From SAR202 cluster bacterium (GTDB lineage: Bacteria > Chloroflexota > Dehalococcoidia > Lucifugimonadales > Australimonadaceae): 64,000 nt of DNA. Below are positions 39,195 through 48,209 of this stretch, in pieces (the first letter of the stretch is position 1; every line of letters starts with the position of its first letter). The stretch lies in NCBI GenBank assembly GCA_016872415.1, contig VGZX01000001.1, forward strand, positions 10,287-74,286, read 5' to 3'. The notes under the pieces were generated by a model. It saw only the letters and a list, made by a program, of their open reading frames with translations. It did not search any database and had not been told where the DNA came from. The position numbers were made by a program, and so were the translations under genes.

Positions 39195-42050
39195 ATGCCC
39201 AAGGAAATCAAGATCAAGGTCAACGGCCAGGAGATCGCCACCACCGACGACAAGATGGTGATCCAAGCCGCGAACGACGCCGGCATCTACATCCCCTATC
39301 TGTGCTACCACCCCGGCATGAAGCCCTATGGCGCGTGCCGCATGTGCATGGTGCAAGTGGAAATGCCTCCGCCCCCCAACGCGCCCGCCGGCACCGCGCC
39401 GGCCCTCGTGATGCAGGCGTCGTGCACCGTGCCCGTCCGCGACGGACTGGTCGTCCACACGACCAACGAGCCCGTGCAGCAGACGCGCGACGTCATCATG
39501 GACCTCCTGCTGTCGGAGCATCCGCATGGCTGCCTGACCTGCCACCGCATCGACCTCTGCGGCCCGCAGGACATCTGCCTGCGCCACGTCGACGTGAACG
39601 ACCGCTGCGTGACCTGCCCGAAGAACGAGCGCTGCGAGCTGAAGGACACGACTCGGTTCCACACGCAGAAGCAGTATTCGGCGCTGACCTACCAATACCG
39701 CAACCTGCAGGTGGAAACGAAGGACCCGTTCTTCGACCGCGACTACAACCTCTGCATCGTCTGCGCCCGATGCGTGCGCGCCTGCGACGAGCTGCGCGGC
39801 GACGTGGTTTACGGCATGACCGAGCGCGCGGGCCAGGTGCTCGTCGGCACGGCGCTCGGCTCGTCGCTGCTGGAGTCGGGTTGCGAGTTCTGCGGAGCGT
39901 GCATCGACGTCTGCCCGGTGGGCGCGCTGGTGGAGAAGGAGAACAAATGGGAGCGCCCGTCGCGCGTGATGCAGAGCGTCTGCGACGAGTGCCCCGTCGG
40001 TTGCCAGATCACCTACGAAGTGAACCAATGGGAGAAGGTGGTTCGCGCCATACCGGAGCTGAACGCCCCGGCCAACCACGGCCAGGCATGCTACAAGGGC
40101 AAGTTCGGCTACTCCTACGTGAACCACAAGCAGCGCATCAAGCGCCCCATGGTGCGCCGCGATGGCGAGCTGCGACAGGTTTCATGGGAGGAGGCGTTCG
40201 CCGCCGCCGCGGAGGGCCTCGCCAAGTATAAGGGTAACCAGTTCGCGCTGATCGCCTCGCCGCGCAATACCAACGAGGAGCTTTACGTCGCGCAGAAGTT
40301 CGCCCGCGTCGTGATGGGCACCAACAGCGTCGACCTCGCCACCAACGACCGCCCCGGCGTCTACGAGGCGCTGGCCGACGTGTTCGGTGTTTCCGCCGGC
40401 ATGGTGAGCATCGACGATTTGAACGCCGCGAAGGCGGTCCTGGTCGTCAGTGCCAACCTCACCGAGGAGCAGAATGTGGTCGGCGTGCCCATCAAGCAGG
40501 CGGTGCGCGCGGGCACGCAGCAGCTCGTCGTCATCGACTCGCGCGAGGTCGAGCTCACGCGCCACGCCACGCTCTGGCTGCGGCCATACCCCGGCACGGA
40601 CCTCGCGGTGGTCGGCGGCATCTTGCGGGCCATCGTCGACGAGGGGCTCGTCAGCAAGGAGTTCATCGACGCGCGCGTCGATGGCTACGACGATTTCGTG
40701 AAGTCGCTCGCGCCGTTCACGCCCGAGGCCGTGGAGCGCGAGACCGGGCTGGGGCCGGACCGGCTGTTGGCCGCGGCCAAGCTGCTCGCCACGAACGCGC
40801 CGGCCGTTTTCGCCTACGCGCTCGACAACAGCGTCGGCGGCACGCGGCGCCCCACCGCGCGCGCCCTCGCCAATCTCGCGCTCATCACCGGCAACGTCGG
40901 CAAGCCCGGCGCCGGCCTGATGCCGCTGCGTCGCGGCGCGAACGACCAAGGCGCGCTCGACATGGGGGCGGAGCCCTTCCTGCTGCCCGGCCAAGCGCCC
41001 TTCAACAACGTCGCCGCCTTGAAGCGCATTTCGCGCGCCTGGGGCGCGCCCGTGCCCGACCGGGAAGGCCTGCGGGTCGCCGGCGCATTCGCCGCCGCTC
41101 GCAAGGGCGACGTGAAGGCGATGTTGGTCATCGGCGATCACCTCACCTTCGAGGACGGCACGTTCGGCGACACGGCCGCCGCCTTCGACAAACTTGAGTT
41201 CATGGTCGCGCTCGACCAGTTCCTATCCCCCACGGCGCAGAAGGCCGATGTGGTGTTTCCTGCCGCGGCCTGGCTAGAGAAGCAGGGCACCTACACCAAC
41301 CTGGAGCGGCGGGTGCAGCCGCTCAGGCGCGTGTTCAAGAACAAGGCGGTCGATTCGCGCGCCGACCTCGACATCCTGTGCGCGCTCGCCCAGCGCATGG
41401 GCGCCGACGGCTTCGCCTACGGCGACAGCGACGATGTTTTGGCTGAGCTTGGGATGGTTGCGCCCGCTTACGCCGGCATTTCGCACCGCCGCTTGCTGGC
41501 GGAGGCCGTGAAGACCAAGAAGCCCTCGAACGACAACCCGCTGCCCACCCAGGTGCTCTATTCCGACGCGGTGCCCATGGGCCTGCAGTGGCCTTGCTCG
41601 GCGGCCGACCATCCCGGCACCCCCGTACCATTTGGCGAGGGCAAGTTCACCCTTGCCGTGCTATCCTGGCGGGAACGTCCCAAGCACGATGATGCCCAGT
41701 TCCCGCTGATGCTGACCCACGGCCGCGTGCTGCTCCAGTCGGGACACCCGATGGAGGTGGTGCCGCAAGGGAAGCTCAACTCGATCAAGCGGGAAGAGTA
41801 CGTCACGCTGCACCCCGCCGACGCCGCCCGCATGAAGTTCGCCGAGGGGCAACGCGCGCGGATGGTGGCGGCCACGGGCAAGAGCGTCACCGGCACGCTG
41901 CGGCTGTCGGAGCAGGTGCCCCCCGGCGTCGTGTCGCTGACGACACTATTCGGAGAGTTGGCGGTGGAGCTGGAAGCCTCCACCCACCCGGACCCCATGA
42001 ACCATGTGCCTAGGCTGGAAGCGGTCCCCGCTCGCATGGAACCGGCCTAA
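39195..42050 (+). CDS. NuoG/formate-dehydrogenase-alpha-like Fe-S molybdopterin-family subunit (catalytic Cys/Sec-His motif absent)
   Basis: N-terminal 2Fe-2S site (CYHPG..C..C). A His/Cys cluster region. Two ferredoxin-type 4Fe-4S motifs (CIVCARCVRAC, CEFCGACIDVCP). The MopB cluster CDECPVGC...C.KG. A C-terminal molybdopterin dinucleotide-binding-like domain. Confidence 0.8.
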   Translation: MPKEIKIKVNGQEIATTDDKMVIQAANDAGIYIPYLCYHPGMKPYGACRMCMVQVEMPPPPNAPAGTAPALVMQASCTVPVRDGLVVHTTNEPVQQTRDVIMDLLLSEHPHGCLTCHRIDLCGPQDICLRHVDVNDRCVTCPKNERCELKDTTRFHTQKQYSALTYQYRNLQVETKDPFFDRDYNLCIVCARCVRACDELRGDVVYGMTERAGQVLVGTALGSSLLESGCEFCGACIDVCPVGALVEKENKWERPSRVMQSVCDECPVGCQITYEVNQWEKVVRAIPELNAPANHGQACYKGKFGYSYVNHKQRIKRPMVRRDGELRQVSWEEAFAAAAEGLAKYKGNQFALIASPRNTNEELYVAQKFARVVMGTNSVDLATNDRPGVYEALADVFGVSAGMVSIDDLNAAKAVLVVSANLTEEQNVVGVPIKQAVRAGTQQLVVIDSREVELTRHATLWLRPYPGTDLAVVGGILRAIVDEGLVSKEFIDARVDGYDDFVKSLAPFTPEAVERETGLGPDRLLAAAKLLATNAPAVFAYALDNSVGGTRRPTARALANLALITGNVGKPGAGLMPLRRGANDQGALDMGAEPFLLPGQAPFNNVAALKRISRAWGAPVPDREGLRVAGAFAAARKGDVKAMLVIGDHLTFEDGTFGDTAAAFDKLEFMVALDQFLSPTAQKADVVFPAAAWLEKQGTYTNLERRVQPLRRVFKNKAVDSRADLDILCALAQRMGADGFAYGDSDDVLAELGMVAPAYAGISHRRLLAEAVKTKKPSNDNPLPTQVLYSDAVPMGLQWPCSAADHPGTPVPFGEGKFTLAVLSWRERPKHDDAQFPLMLTHGRVLLQSGHPMEVVPQGKLNSIKREEYVTLHPADAARMKFAEGQRARMVAATGKSVTGTLRLSEQVPPGVVSLTTLFGELAVELEASTHPDPMNHVPRLEAVPARMEPA

Positions 42051-42089
42051 GAGCGCCTCAGACCGATAACCGATAGGGAGGTACGCCCG

Positions 42090-42860
42090 GTGGCGTCCAT
42101 GCAACGCTCGGTTCCGCAGCAGGCTGGAGACAGGACGGCGGGTCTGCCGACCGCCAAGATCGTGAAGCGCCAGGACTATACGGATGACCTGTTCAACATC
42201 TGGTTGGAGCCCAGCGTTCCGTTCACGTTCAAGCCAGGCCAGTACATCACGATCGGCGCGGGCGGCATCGAACGCCCCTATTCCATCGCGTCGTCGCCGC
42301 ACGAACGGCTCATCGAGCTATTCATCGAGTTCGTGAAACCCGAGCACGGCGGCAAGCTGACGCCGCTGCTCTACGCGCAGCGCGTCGCCGACGTCGTCAC
42401 GATGCGCCCACGGCCCAAGGGCATCTTCACGTTCCAAGAGAAGTACCACAACCACGTGCTCGTGGGCACCGTCACCGGCGTCGCGCCGTATGCCAGCATG
42501 CTGCGGAACCACTTCCACAACGGGAAAACCGGCCACCGCTTCTTCGTCATGGAGGGCGCCAGCCACTTCGATGAGTTCGTCTACGACAAAGAATTCCTGG
42601 AGTTCGCCCGGCGATACCCTGGCGTCGTCGAGTTCGTCGGAACCGTGAGCCGGCCCCAGGCCGAGCGCAACCAGGGCTGGACGGGGCTCACGGGCCGCGT
42701 CAACACCCTGGTCGAGCGCTGCTGCGATGGCTGGGGCCTGCCGCAGGACGACACGCTCATTTACCTGTGCGGCAACCCCGGCATGATCGAGGATGTGAAG
42801 GCCCGCATGGGCGGCAAGGGCTGGAACGTGATGGAAGAGCGTTTCTGGAAGGACGACTAG
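42090..42860 (+). CDS. Ferredoxin--NADP(+) reductase (Fpr-type flavoprotein)
   Basis: FAD motif RPYSIASSP and NAD(P) motif LVGTVTGVAP. GGGAGG RBS 8 nt before GTG 42090. Confidence 0.8.
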   Translation: MASMQRSVPQQAGDRTAGLPTAKIVKRQDYTDDLFNIWLEPSVPFTFKPGQYITIGAGGIERPYSIASSPHERLIELFIEFVKPEHGGKLTPLLYAQRVADVVTMRPRPKGIFTFQEKYHNHVLVGTVTGVAPYASMLRNHFHNGKTGHRFFVMEGASHFDEFVYDKEFLEFARRYPGVVEFVGTVSRPQAERNQGWTGLTGRVNTLVERCCDGWGLPQDDTLIYLCGNPGMIEDVKARMGGKGWNVMEERFWKDD

Positions 42861-42882
42861 CACTCTCCGTAAGCCGAGCCAA

Positions 42883-42915
42883 GGGGCGTCCCGACCGGGA
42901 CGCCCCTTTTCGTTT
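42883..42915 (+). terminator. Intrinsic terminator after the reductase gene
   Basis: 10-bp stem GGGGCGTCCC/GGGACGCCCC with loop GACC, followed by TTTTCGTTT. Confidence 0.8.
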
Positions 42916-42948
42916 CCAGGGTGCCGGCCGGCCACGGTCACACGCCCG

Positions 42949-42977
42949 TTCCGGCGTCGCGGACGCTCGTCTACAAT
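42949..42977 (+). promoter_or_regulatory. Candidate mutS promoter
   Basis: TTCCGG (weak -35), 17-nt spacer, TACAAT (42972-42977), upstream of GGAGG 42995-42999. Confidence 0.35.
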
Positions 42978-43004
42978 GCGTTCGTCGCCGCATCGGAGGC
43001 CAGC

Positions 43005-45629
43005 TTGCCCACTCCCGTCCGCAAGCAGTATCTCGACATGAAGGCCCAATATCCGGACGCCATCTTGCTGTTCCGGATGGGCGACTTCTACGAGACATTC
43101 GACGAGGACGCCCGCACCATCGCCCGCGACCTCGAAATCGTGCTGACGCAGCGCGAAATGGGGCAGGGCGAGTTAGTGCCGCTCGCCGGCGTGCCCTACC
43201 ACGCTCTCGATTCCTATCTCGCCCGTCTCATCCGCAAGGGGCACCGCGTCGCCATCTGCGAACAGCTCACCGAGCCGGACGGCCGCAAGCCGGTGGAGCG
43301 CGGCGTCGTGCGCGTCGTCACCCCGGGCACCGTGCTGGAACCCGCCCTGCTGGACCAGGAGGCCAACAACTACCTTGCCGCCGTGGCCGTCGACGGAAAC
43401 GCGGCTGGCATCGCCCATGTCGACATTACCACCGGGGAGTTCGGCGTCACCGAGTTGCCAGCAGAGCAGGCCGAGCAAGAGCTCGCGCGCCTGGCTCCCG
43501 CCGAGGTGCTCGTGGCGAAGGGCGCCGACGAGGGGTCATGGCTTGTCGCCGAGCGCTCCGGCTACACCGTCACACCGCTGGAGGCGCAGGCGTTCGGCGC
43601 TCGCCATGCACGGCAGCGCGTGCTCGATCACTTCGAGGTCACGACGTTGGAGCCGTTCGGCTGCGAGCGCCTGCCGCTGGCGACCGCGGCCGCCGGGGCC
43701 GTGCTCGAATACCTGGAGCGGACCAACAAAGGGGTGCTGGGCCAGCTCACCAGCATGCACACCTACGGCGTCGAACGGTTCATGGCCCTGGACCCGCAAA
43801 CGCGGCGCAACCTGGAGCTGTTCGAAGGCGGCCGCTGGGGCGCCCGCGAGCACTCGCTTTTCGCCGTCCTCAACCTTACCAAGACGCCCATGGGCGCGAG
43901 GATGCTCCGCCGGTGGCTCGGCCAGCCGCTGCTCGATCTCGCCGAGCTGCGACGCCGGCAGGACGCCGTGGTGTGGTGCTTCCACAGCGCCGCGCGCCGG
44001 CAGCGCCTCCAAGCGGCGCTGGCTTCGATCGGCGACATCGAGCGCGCGCTGCACCGGATTGGCACGGGCATCGCGGTGCCGCGAGAGCTGGTCGCGCTGC
44101 GACAGGCGCTCCAACAGGTGCCAGTATTCAAGGACCTGCTAGCCCAGGCACCCGATGCGCCGCGATGGCTGGACGCCGATTTGCTGCCGTGCGCCGACAC
44201 CGTCGCGCTGCTGAGCGCCGCGATCGCCGACGAGCCACAGGGCGCCGTGGGCGAAGGCGGCGTCATCCGCCCCGGCTTCTCGAAAGAGCTGGATGACGTG
44301 CGGTCCATCGCCCAGGATGCGCGCAGTTACATCGCCGCCTTGGAGCGCCGCGAGCGCGAGCGCACTGGCATCTCGTCGCTCAAGGTCGGCTACAACAAGG
44401 TGTTCGGCTATTACCTGGAGGTCACCAACCCGCATCTGGCCCTCGTGCCGTCCGATTACGTCCGCCGTCAGACGCTCACCAACGCGGAGCGCTTCGTCAC
44501 GCCCGACCTGAAGGACTCGGAGGACCGCGTGCTCAACGCACGCGAGCGCCTGGAGGAGCTGGAAACGGCGCTCTACCGCCAGGTGTGCCGCCAAGTCGCG
44601 GACCGCACCGAGCAGGTCACGCGCACCGCCAACGCCATCGCCGCGCTCGACGTTCTGCTATCGCTCGCGGAGGTCGCGTCGCGCAACGGCTACGTGCGCC
44701 CCGCGCTCGACAATGGCGAGGTGCTGGACGTTCAGGCCGGCCGGCATCCAGTGGTCGAGACGCTCTTGCCGCCCGGCACTTTCGTTCCGAACGACACCAG
44801 GCTCGCCACCGCCGACGAGCAGCTCATCATCCTCACCGGCCCGAACATGGCCGGCAAATCGACCTACCTGCGGCAGGTCGCGCTGATCGTGCTCATGGCG
44901 CAAATCGGCGGCTTCGTGCCGGCGCGGTCCGCGCGCGTCGGACTGGTCGACCGCATCTTCACGCGCGTCGGCCTGCAAGACGACCTCTCCACCGGCCAGT
45001 CCACCTTCATGGTGGAGATGGTGGAGACGGCGGCGATCCTGCACCACGCCACGCGCCGGTCGCTCGTCATCCTCGACGAGATCGGCCGCGGCACCTCCAC
45101 CTACGATGGCCTCTCCATCGCCCAGGCGGTCGCCGAGCACCTGCACAACGTGCCGAGACTCGGTTGCCGCACCCTGTTCGCCACGCACTACCACGAGCTC
45201 ACCACCCTCGCGGCCCGGCTGCCACGGGTTCGTAACTACAACGTCGCCGTCGCCGAGGAAGGCGGCAGGGTCGTGTTCCTGCACCGCATCGTGCCGGGCG
45301 GCGCCGACCGCAGCTATGGCGTCCACGTGGCGCAGCTTGCCGGTCTGCCGCGCACCGTCATCCAGCGCGCGTGGGAGTTGCTGGCCGAGCATGAGTCAGC
45401 CTCGGCCCGCAATGGGCTGGCGATGGGCAAGGACGGGAAGGGCAGGCGCCGCGTTGGCGAGGCACCCCAGCTGTCGCTGTTTGCCGCGCCCGCCGAGCGC
45501 GCGCCCGCATTGGAGGCGCTGCGCCGCATCGACGTGAACGCCATGACACCGCTCGAGGCCCTCAACAAGCTCTACGAGTTGCGGAAGCTGGCCGACGAGC
45601 ACGGGCACGGCTTCGAGCCGGCGCAATGA
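43005..45629 (+). CDS. mutS: DNA mismatch repair protein MutS
   Basis: N-terminus (M)PTPVRKQYLDMKAQYPDAILLFRMGDFYETF. Walker A GPNMAGKST and TLFATHYHEL. TTG 43005 has GGAGG 5 nt upstream; the ORF is open from GTG 42921. Confidence 0.9.
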   Translation: MPTPVRKQYLDMKAQYPDAILLFRMGDFYETFDEDARTIARDLEIVLTQREMGQGELVPLAGVPYHALDSYLARLIRKGHRVAICEQLTEPDGRKPVERGVVRVVTPGTVLEPALLDQEANNYLAAVAVDGNAAGIAHVDITTGEFGVTELPAEQAEQELARLAPAEVLVAKGADEGSWLVAERSGYTVTPLEAQAFGARHARQRVLDHFEVTTLEPFGCERLPLATAAAGAVLEYLERTNKGVLGQLTSMHTYGVERFMALDPQTRRNLELFEGGRWGAREHSLFAVLNLTKTPMGARMLRRWLGQPLLDLAELRRRQDAVVWCFHSAARRQRLQAALASIGDIERALHRIGTGIAVPRELVALRQALQQVPVFKDLLAQAPDAPRWLDADLLPCADTVALLSAAIADEPQGAVGEGGVIRPGFSKELDDVRSIAQDARSYIAALERRERERTGISSLKVGYNKVFGYYLEVTNPHLALVPSDYVRRQTLTNAERFVTPDLKDSEDRVLNARERLEELETALYRQVCRQVADRTEQVTRTANAIAALDVLLSLAEVASRNGYVRPALDNGEVLDVQAGRHPVVETLLPPGTFVPNDTRLATADEQLIILTGPNMAGKSTYLRQVALIVLMAQIGGFVPARSARVGLVDRIFTRVGLQDDLSTGQSTFMVEMVETAAILHHATRRSLVILDEIGRGTSTYDGLSIAQAVAEHLHNVPRLGCRTLFATHYHELTTLAARLPRVRNYNVAVAEEGGRVVFLHRIVPGGADRSYGVHVAQLAGLPRTVIQRAWELLAEHESASARNGLAMGKDGKGRRRVGEAPQLSLFAAPAERAPALEALRRIDVNAMTPLEALNKLYELRKLADEHGHGFEPAQ

Positions 45630-46434
45630 CCAGTCCAGCCCCGGTCATGTTCGTGCACATCACCGATACCCACATCCTTCCGTCGCCCGAGGCGCGCTAC
45701 CACGGCGTCGACACCGCGGCGACGCTGCGGCGCGTGGTGGCCGAGGTGGTGGAGCTCGAAACGAGGCCCGCGTTCGCGCTGGTGAGCGGCGATCTGACCG
45801 ACGGCGGCGAACCGGAGGCCTACGCCCGCCTCGCTGGGATACTCCAGCCGTTGCGGGCCGCCGGCATGCCGGTGCTCCACGCCCTCGGCAACCACGACAA
45901 CCGCCCCGCTTTTTGGGCGACCATCCTGGGCAGGTCATACCAGCCTCCCGAACGCCACCGCCACGCCGTCGAGGTCGGCGGCCTGCGGCTGATCGTGCTC
46001 GACTCGCTGATCGAGGGCGAGATCGATGGAGAGGTTGGCGATGACTAGTTGAATTGGCTCGACCGTGAGCTCTCGCGCCCCGGCCCGCTCTTGGGCACCG
46101 TGGTCGCGGTGCACCATCCGCCGGTGCCCAAGAGCGGGCCGGGGCGCGGCTTGGAGGCCGACCTGCGAGACGGACCCGCCTGCTGGAAGTCACGCGCGGG
46201 CGCATCCGTGGCGTCGTCACCGGGCACGTGCACTACCCAAGCATCGCCGCCTTCGGAGCCGCGGTCATCGCCTCGGCGCCGTCGTCCGCCTTGCTCTTCG
46301 ACCCGACGGTTGGCCGTTTCCAGGTCGTCGATGGCTTCGGCTACAGCCTCGTCACCGTCACGGCCGGCGGCCTGCTCGCCAACCCCATCGCGCTGCAAGC
46401 CGATTGGACGCGCAAGCGAGCCGTGAACCCGTAG
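45626..46434 (+). pseudogene. Calcineurin-like metallophosphoesterase (CpdA-like) with in-frame TAG and one frameshift
   Basis: Contains HITDTH, SGDLTDGG and GNHD motifs. TAG 46046-46048 sits where ...GDD(Q)LNWLDREL is expected. HHPP follows. A frame change at about 46120-46175 leads into ...LLEVTRGRIRGVVTGHVHYPS... ending at 46434. ATGA overlap with the mutS stop. Confidence 0.75.
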
Positions 46435-46476
46435 CAACGCGGCCCGCTCGCCGTCGATCCATCGAGCGCTGGCACG

Positions 46477-46513
46477 GAAGCGGCCCCCGGAGATGCGCTC
46501 CGGGGGCCGCTTC
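46477..46513. terminator. Strong GC hairpin between convergent genes (no clear U-tract)
   Basis: Perfect 16-bp stem GAAGCGGCCCCCGGAG/CTCCGGGGGCCGCTTC with loop ATGCG. Confidence 0.5.
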
Positions 46514-46538
46514 GCAGCCGAAAACGAAGGCCGACCGC

Positions 46539-47417
46539 CTATTGAATGGCCCAGGTCGCTTGAACGGTCACGGTGACGTCGAGGTCGCCGGGGTTGATGG
46601 GCGTCGGCGGAACCTCCACTCCCGCCGCCTTCAACGAGTCGTACGACGCCTCCGCCCGCACCGGGTAGTTGCCGCCCGTTTCGCTCAGGAACACCAGCTT
46701 GCCCAGGCTTGCCTCCGCCGCGCTCGCCATGGCCTTCGCCTTCGCCAGGGCATCCTGCACCGCCAGCGTGCGCGCCTGCGCCGCCACAGCCGCCGGGTCG
46801 TCCACCGTGAAGCTGACGCCATGGACGCGCACCGCATCGCCGCCCGCGTTCACCGTCGCATCGATCAGGCCGCTGAGGTTGTTCAGGTCGCGTATCTTCA
46901 CGGTGATGCTGTTGGTGACTTGGTAGCCGATGATCTTCGGCTCGGAGCGGTGGATGGTACGGCCGCCGTCGGTGCCGATCACCACGTCCTCGTAGCTGTA
47001 TCGCGGCTGGATGTTGAAGTACTGCGTCTGGATGTCCTTCTCGGCCACGCCACCGTCACGCAAGGCCTTGATCACGCTGTCCATCGCGGTGGCCGCGATG
47101 TTGCGCGCCTCGGCGACCGTCGAGGCGAACCCCTCCACCGCCACGTTCATGATCGCCAGGTCGGGCTTGACCGTGACCCGGCCCGAGCCGCTCACGTTGA
47201 TGCCGGTTTCTTGGGCTGGCGGGTAGTACATGAAGTCGCCCCCCATCGCCTGGCGCATCGCATTCAGCTCGGCGGTGCCGTAATTGCCGCCGGGCACCAC
47301 GCCGGTCGTGCCCGCGTTCGCCGGGAGACTGGAGCATGCCGCCGCCGTCAACGCAACCAGCGAGAGCCCACCGGCCGCAAGCGCGAGCTTGCCTTGCCGC
47401 AACCATTTCGTCCGCAT
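46539..47417 (-). CDS. SIMPL-domain (DUF541) secreted lipoprotein
   Basis: Signal plus lipobox ...LSLVALTAAAC. SIMPL pattern GINVSGSGRVTVKPDLAIMNVAVE. The ORF is open to 47459. Confidence 0.75.
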   Translation of the reverse strand: MRTKWLRQGKLALAAGGLSLVALTAAACSSLPANAGTTGVVPGGNYGTAELNAMRQAMGGDFMYYPPAQETGINVSGSGRVTVKPDLAIMNVAVEGFASTVAEARNIAATAMDSVIKALRDGGVAEKDIQTQYFNIQPRYSYEDVVIGTDGGRTIHRSEPKIIGYQVTNSITVKIRDLNNLSGLIDATVNAGGDAVRVHGVSFTVDDPAAVAAQARTLAVQDALAKAKAMASAAEASLGKLVFLSETGGNYPVRAEASYDSLKAAGVEVPPTPINPGDLDVTVTVQATWAIQ

Positions 47418-47528
47418 CGCGTCCTCCTCGTGTGGGCCGAGGTCTCGGCCCTTGTTCATAGGTGGAGACGCGCCGCTCGCTCGGAAAGTTCCAGTTGTAC
47501 CGGAGCCGGATGGCGAAGCCGTCGCGAC

Positions 47529-48200
47529 TTAGCCTCGGCTGGCCGCCCGCCATGTGGCGGCAACCACGGCCAATGCCAGCGCGGCGGTGACGATGCCCAG
47601 TCCAAGCTCCGTCCACCGCAGCAGCGAGCGGTCGTCCGAGTCCGGCGCCGGTGCGGCCTCGATCGCCAGCGTGTCGCTCCGCTCCTCGCTGACTGGCATC
47701 GCCTTGGACCTTGCCGCGTCGCCATCATCAAGTGGGGGAGCATCGGCGCTCGACGGTGCCAACGCGCCCACATCGTTGACCGGTGGGGCTTCGGTCCCCT
47801 GCTCGGCGCTGCGGATTGTCGCGTCGAGCGGGCCAGCGACCGGTGCCGGTCCGGCGATCACATCGACGCCGATGACGGCCGCCAGCAGCACCGCCGTCGC
47901 CGCGGTCGCGAGCTGCAACGCGCGCGCGGTGAACGGCGACTCGGCCCGCTGGCGAGTCGGCCGCGCGTGCGGCCCGGCCATTTGGGGCGTGATCGCGAAG
48001 CTGCGGCGCGGCTCGACGCTTGGCTGCGCGCGCAGCACGTCGCGCACCCGGCGCAGTTCGGCGAGCTCCGCGCGCAGCGGGCCATCGTCCCGCAGGCGTG
48101 CTTCCAGGCGAGCCGCCTGCTCGGCGCTCAGGCGGTTGTCCAGATACTCGTTTAGGAGTTCCCTGTCCCGCTCGGTTTTGTTGGAGAATGGCAAACGCAT
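47529..48200 (-). CDS. Anti-sigma factor (single C-terminal TM, non-ZAS)
   Basis: Lies directly downstream of the ECF sigma gene. N-terminal helical LLNEYLDNRLSAEQAARLEARL, an Ala/Pro-rich linker, and the TM segment LGLGIVTAALALAVVAA. Confidence 0.65.
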   Translation of the reverse strand: MRLPFSNKTERDRELLNEYLDNRLSAEQAARLEARLRDDGPLRAELAELRRVRDVLRAQPSVEPRRSFAITPQMAGPHARPTRQRAESPFTARALQLATAATAVLLAAVIGVDVIAGPAPVAGPLDATIRSAEQGTEAPPVNDVGALAPSSADAPPLDDGDAARSKAMPVSEERSDTLAIEAAPAPDSDDRSLLRWTELGLGIVTAALALAVVAATWRAASRG

Positions 48201-48209
48201 CTCGCTCCC

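Noticed and set aside
39195-42050. Selenocysteine-containing formate dehydrogenase alpha subunit
   Set aside because: There is no in-frame TGA, and the position of the Cys/Sec-His catalytic motif reads NDRPGVY. No fdhD/fdhE or SECIS-like context is present.
46065-48155. 696-aa plus-strand ORF
   Set aside because: It is antisense to the SIMPL and anti-sigma genes and has no motifs. Only its first ~370 nt overlap the phosphoesterase pseudogene, in a frame that carries none of the phosphoesterase homology.
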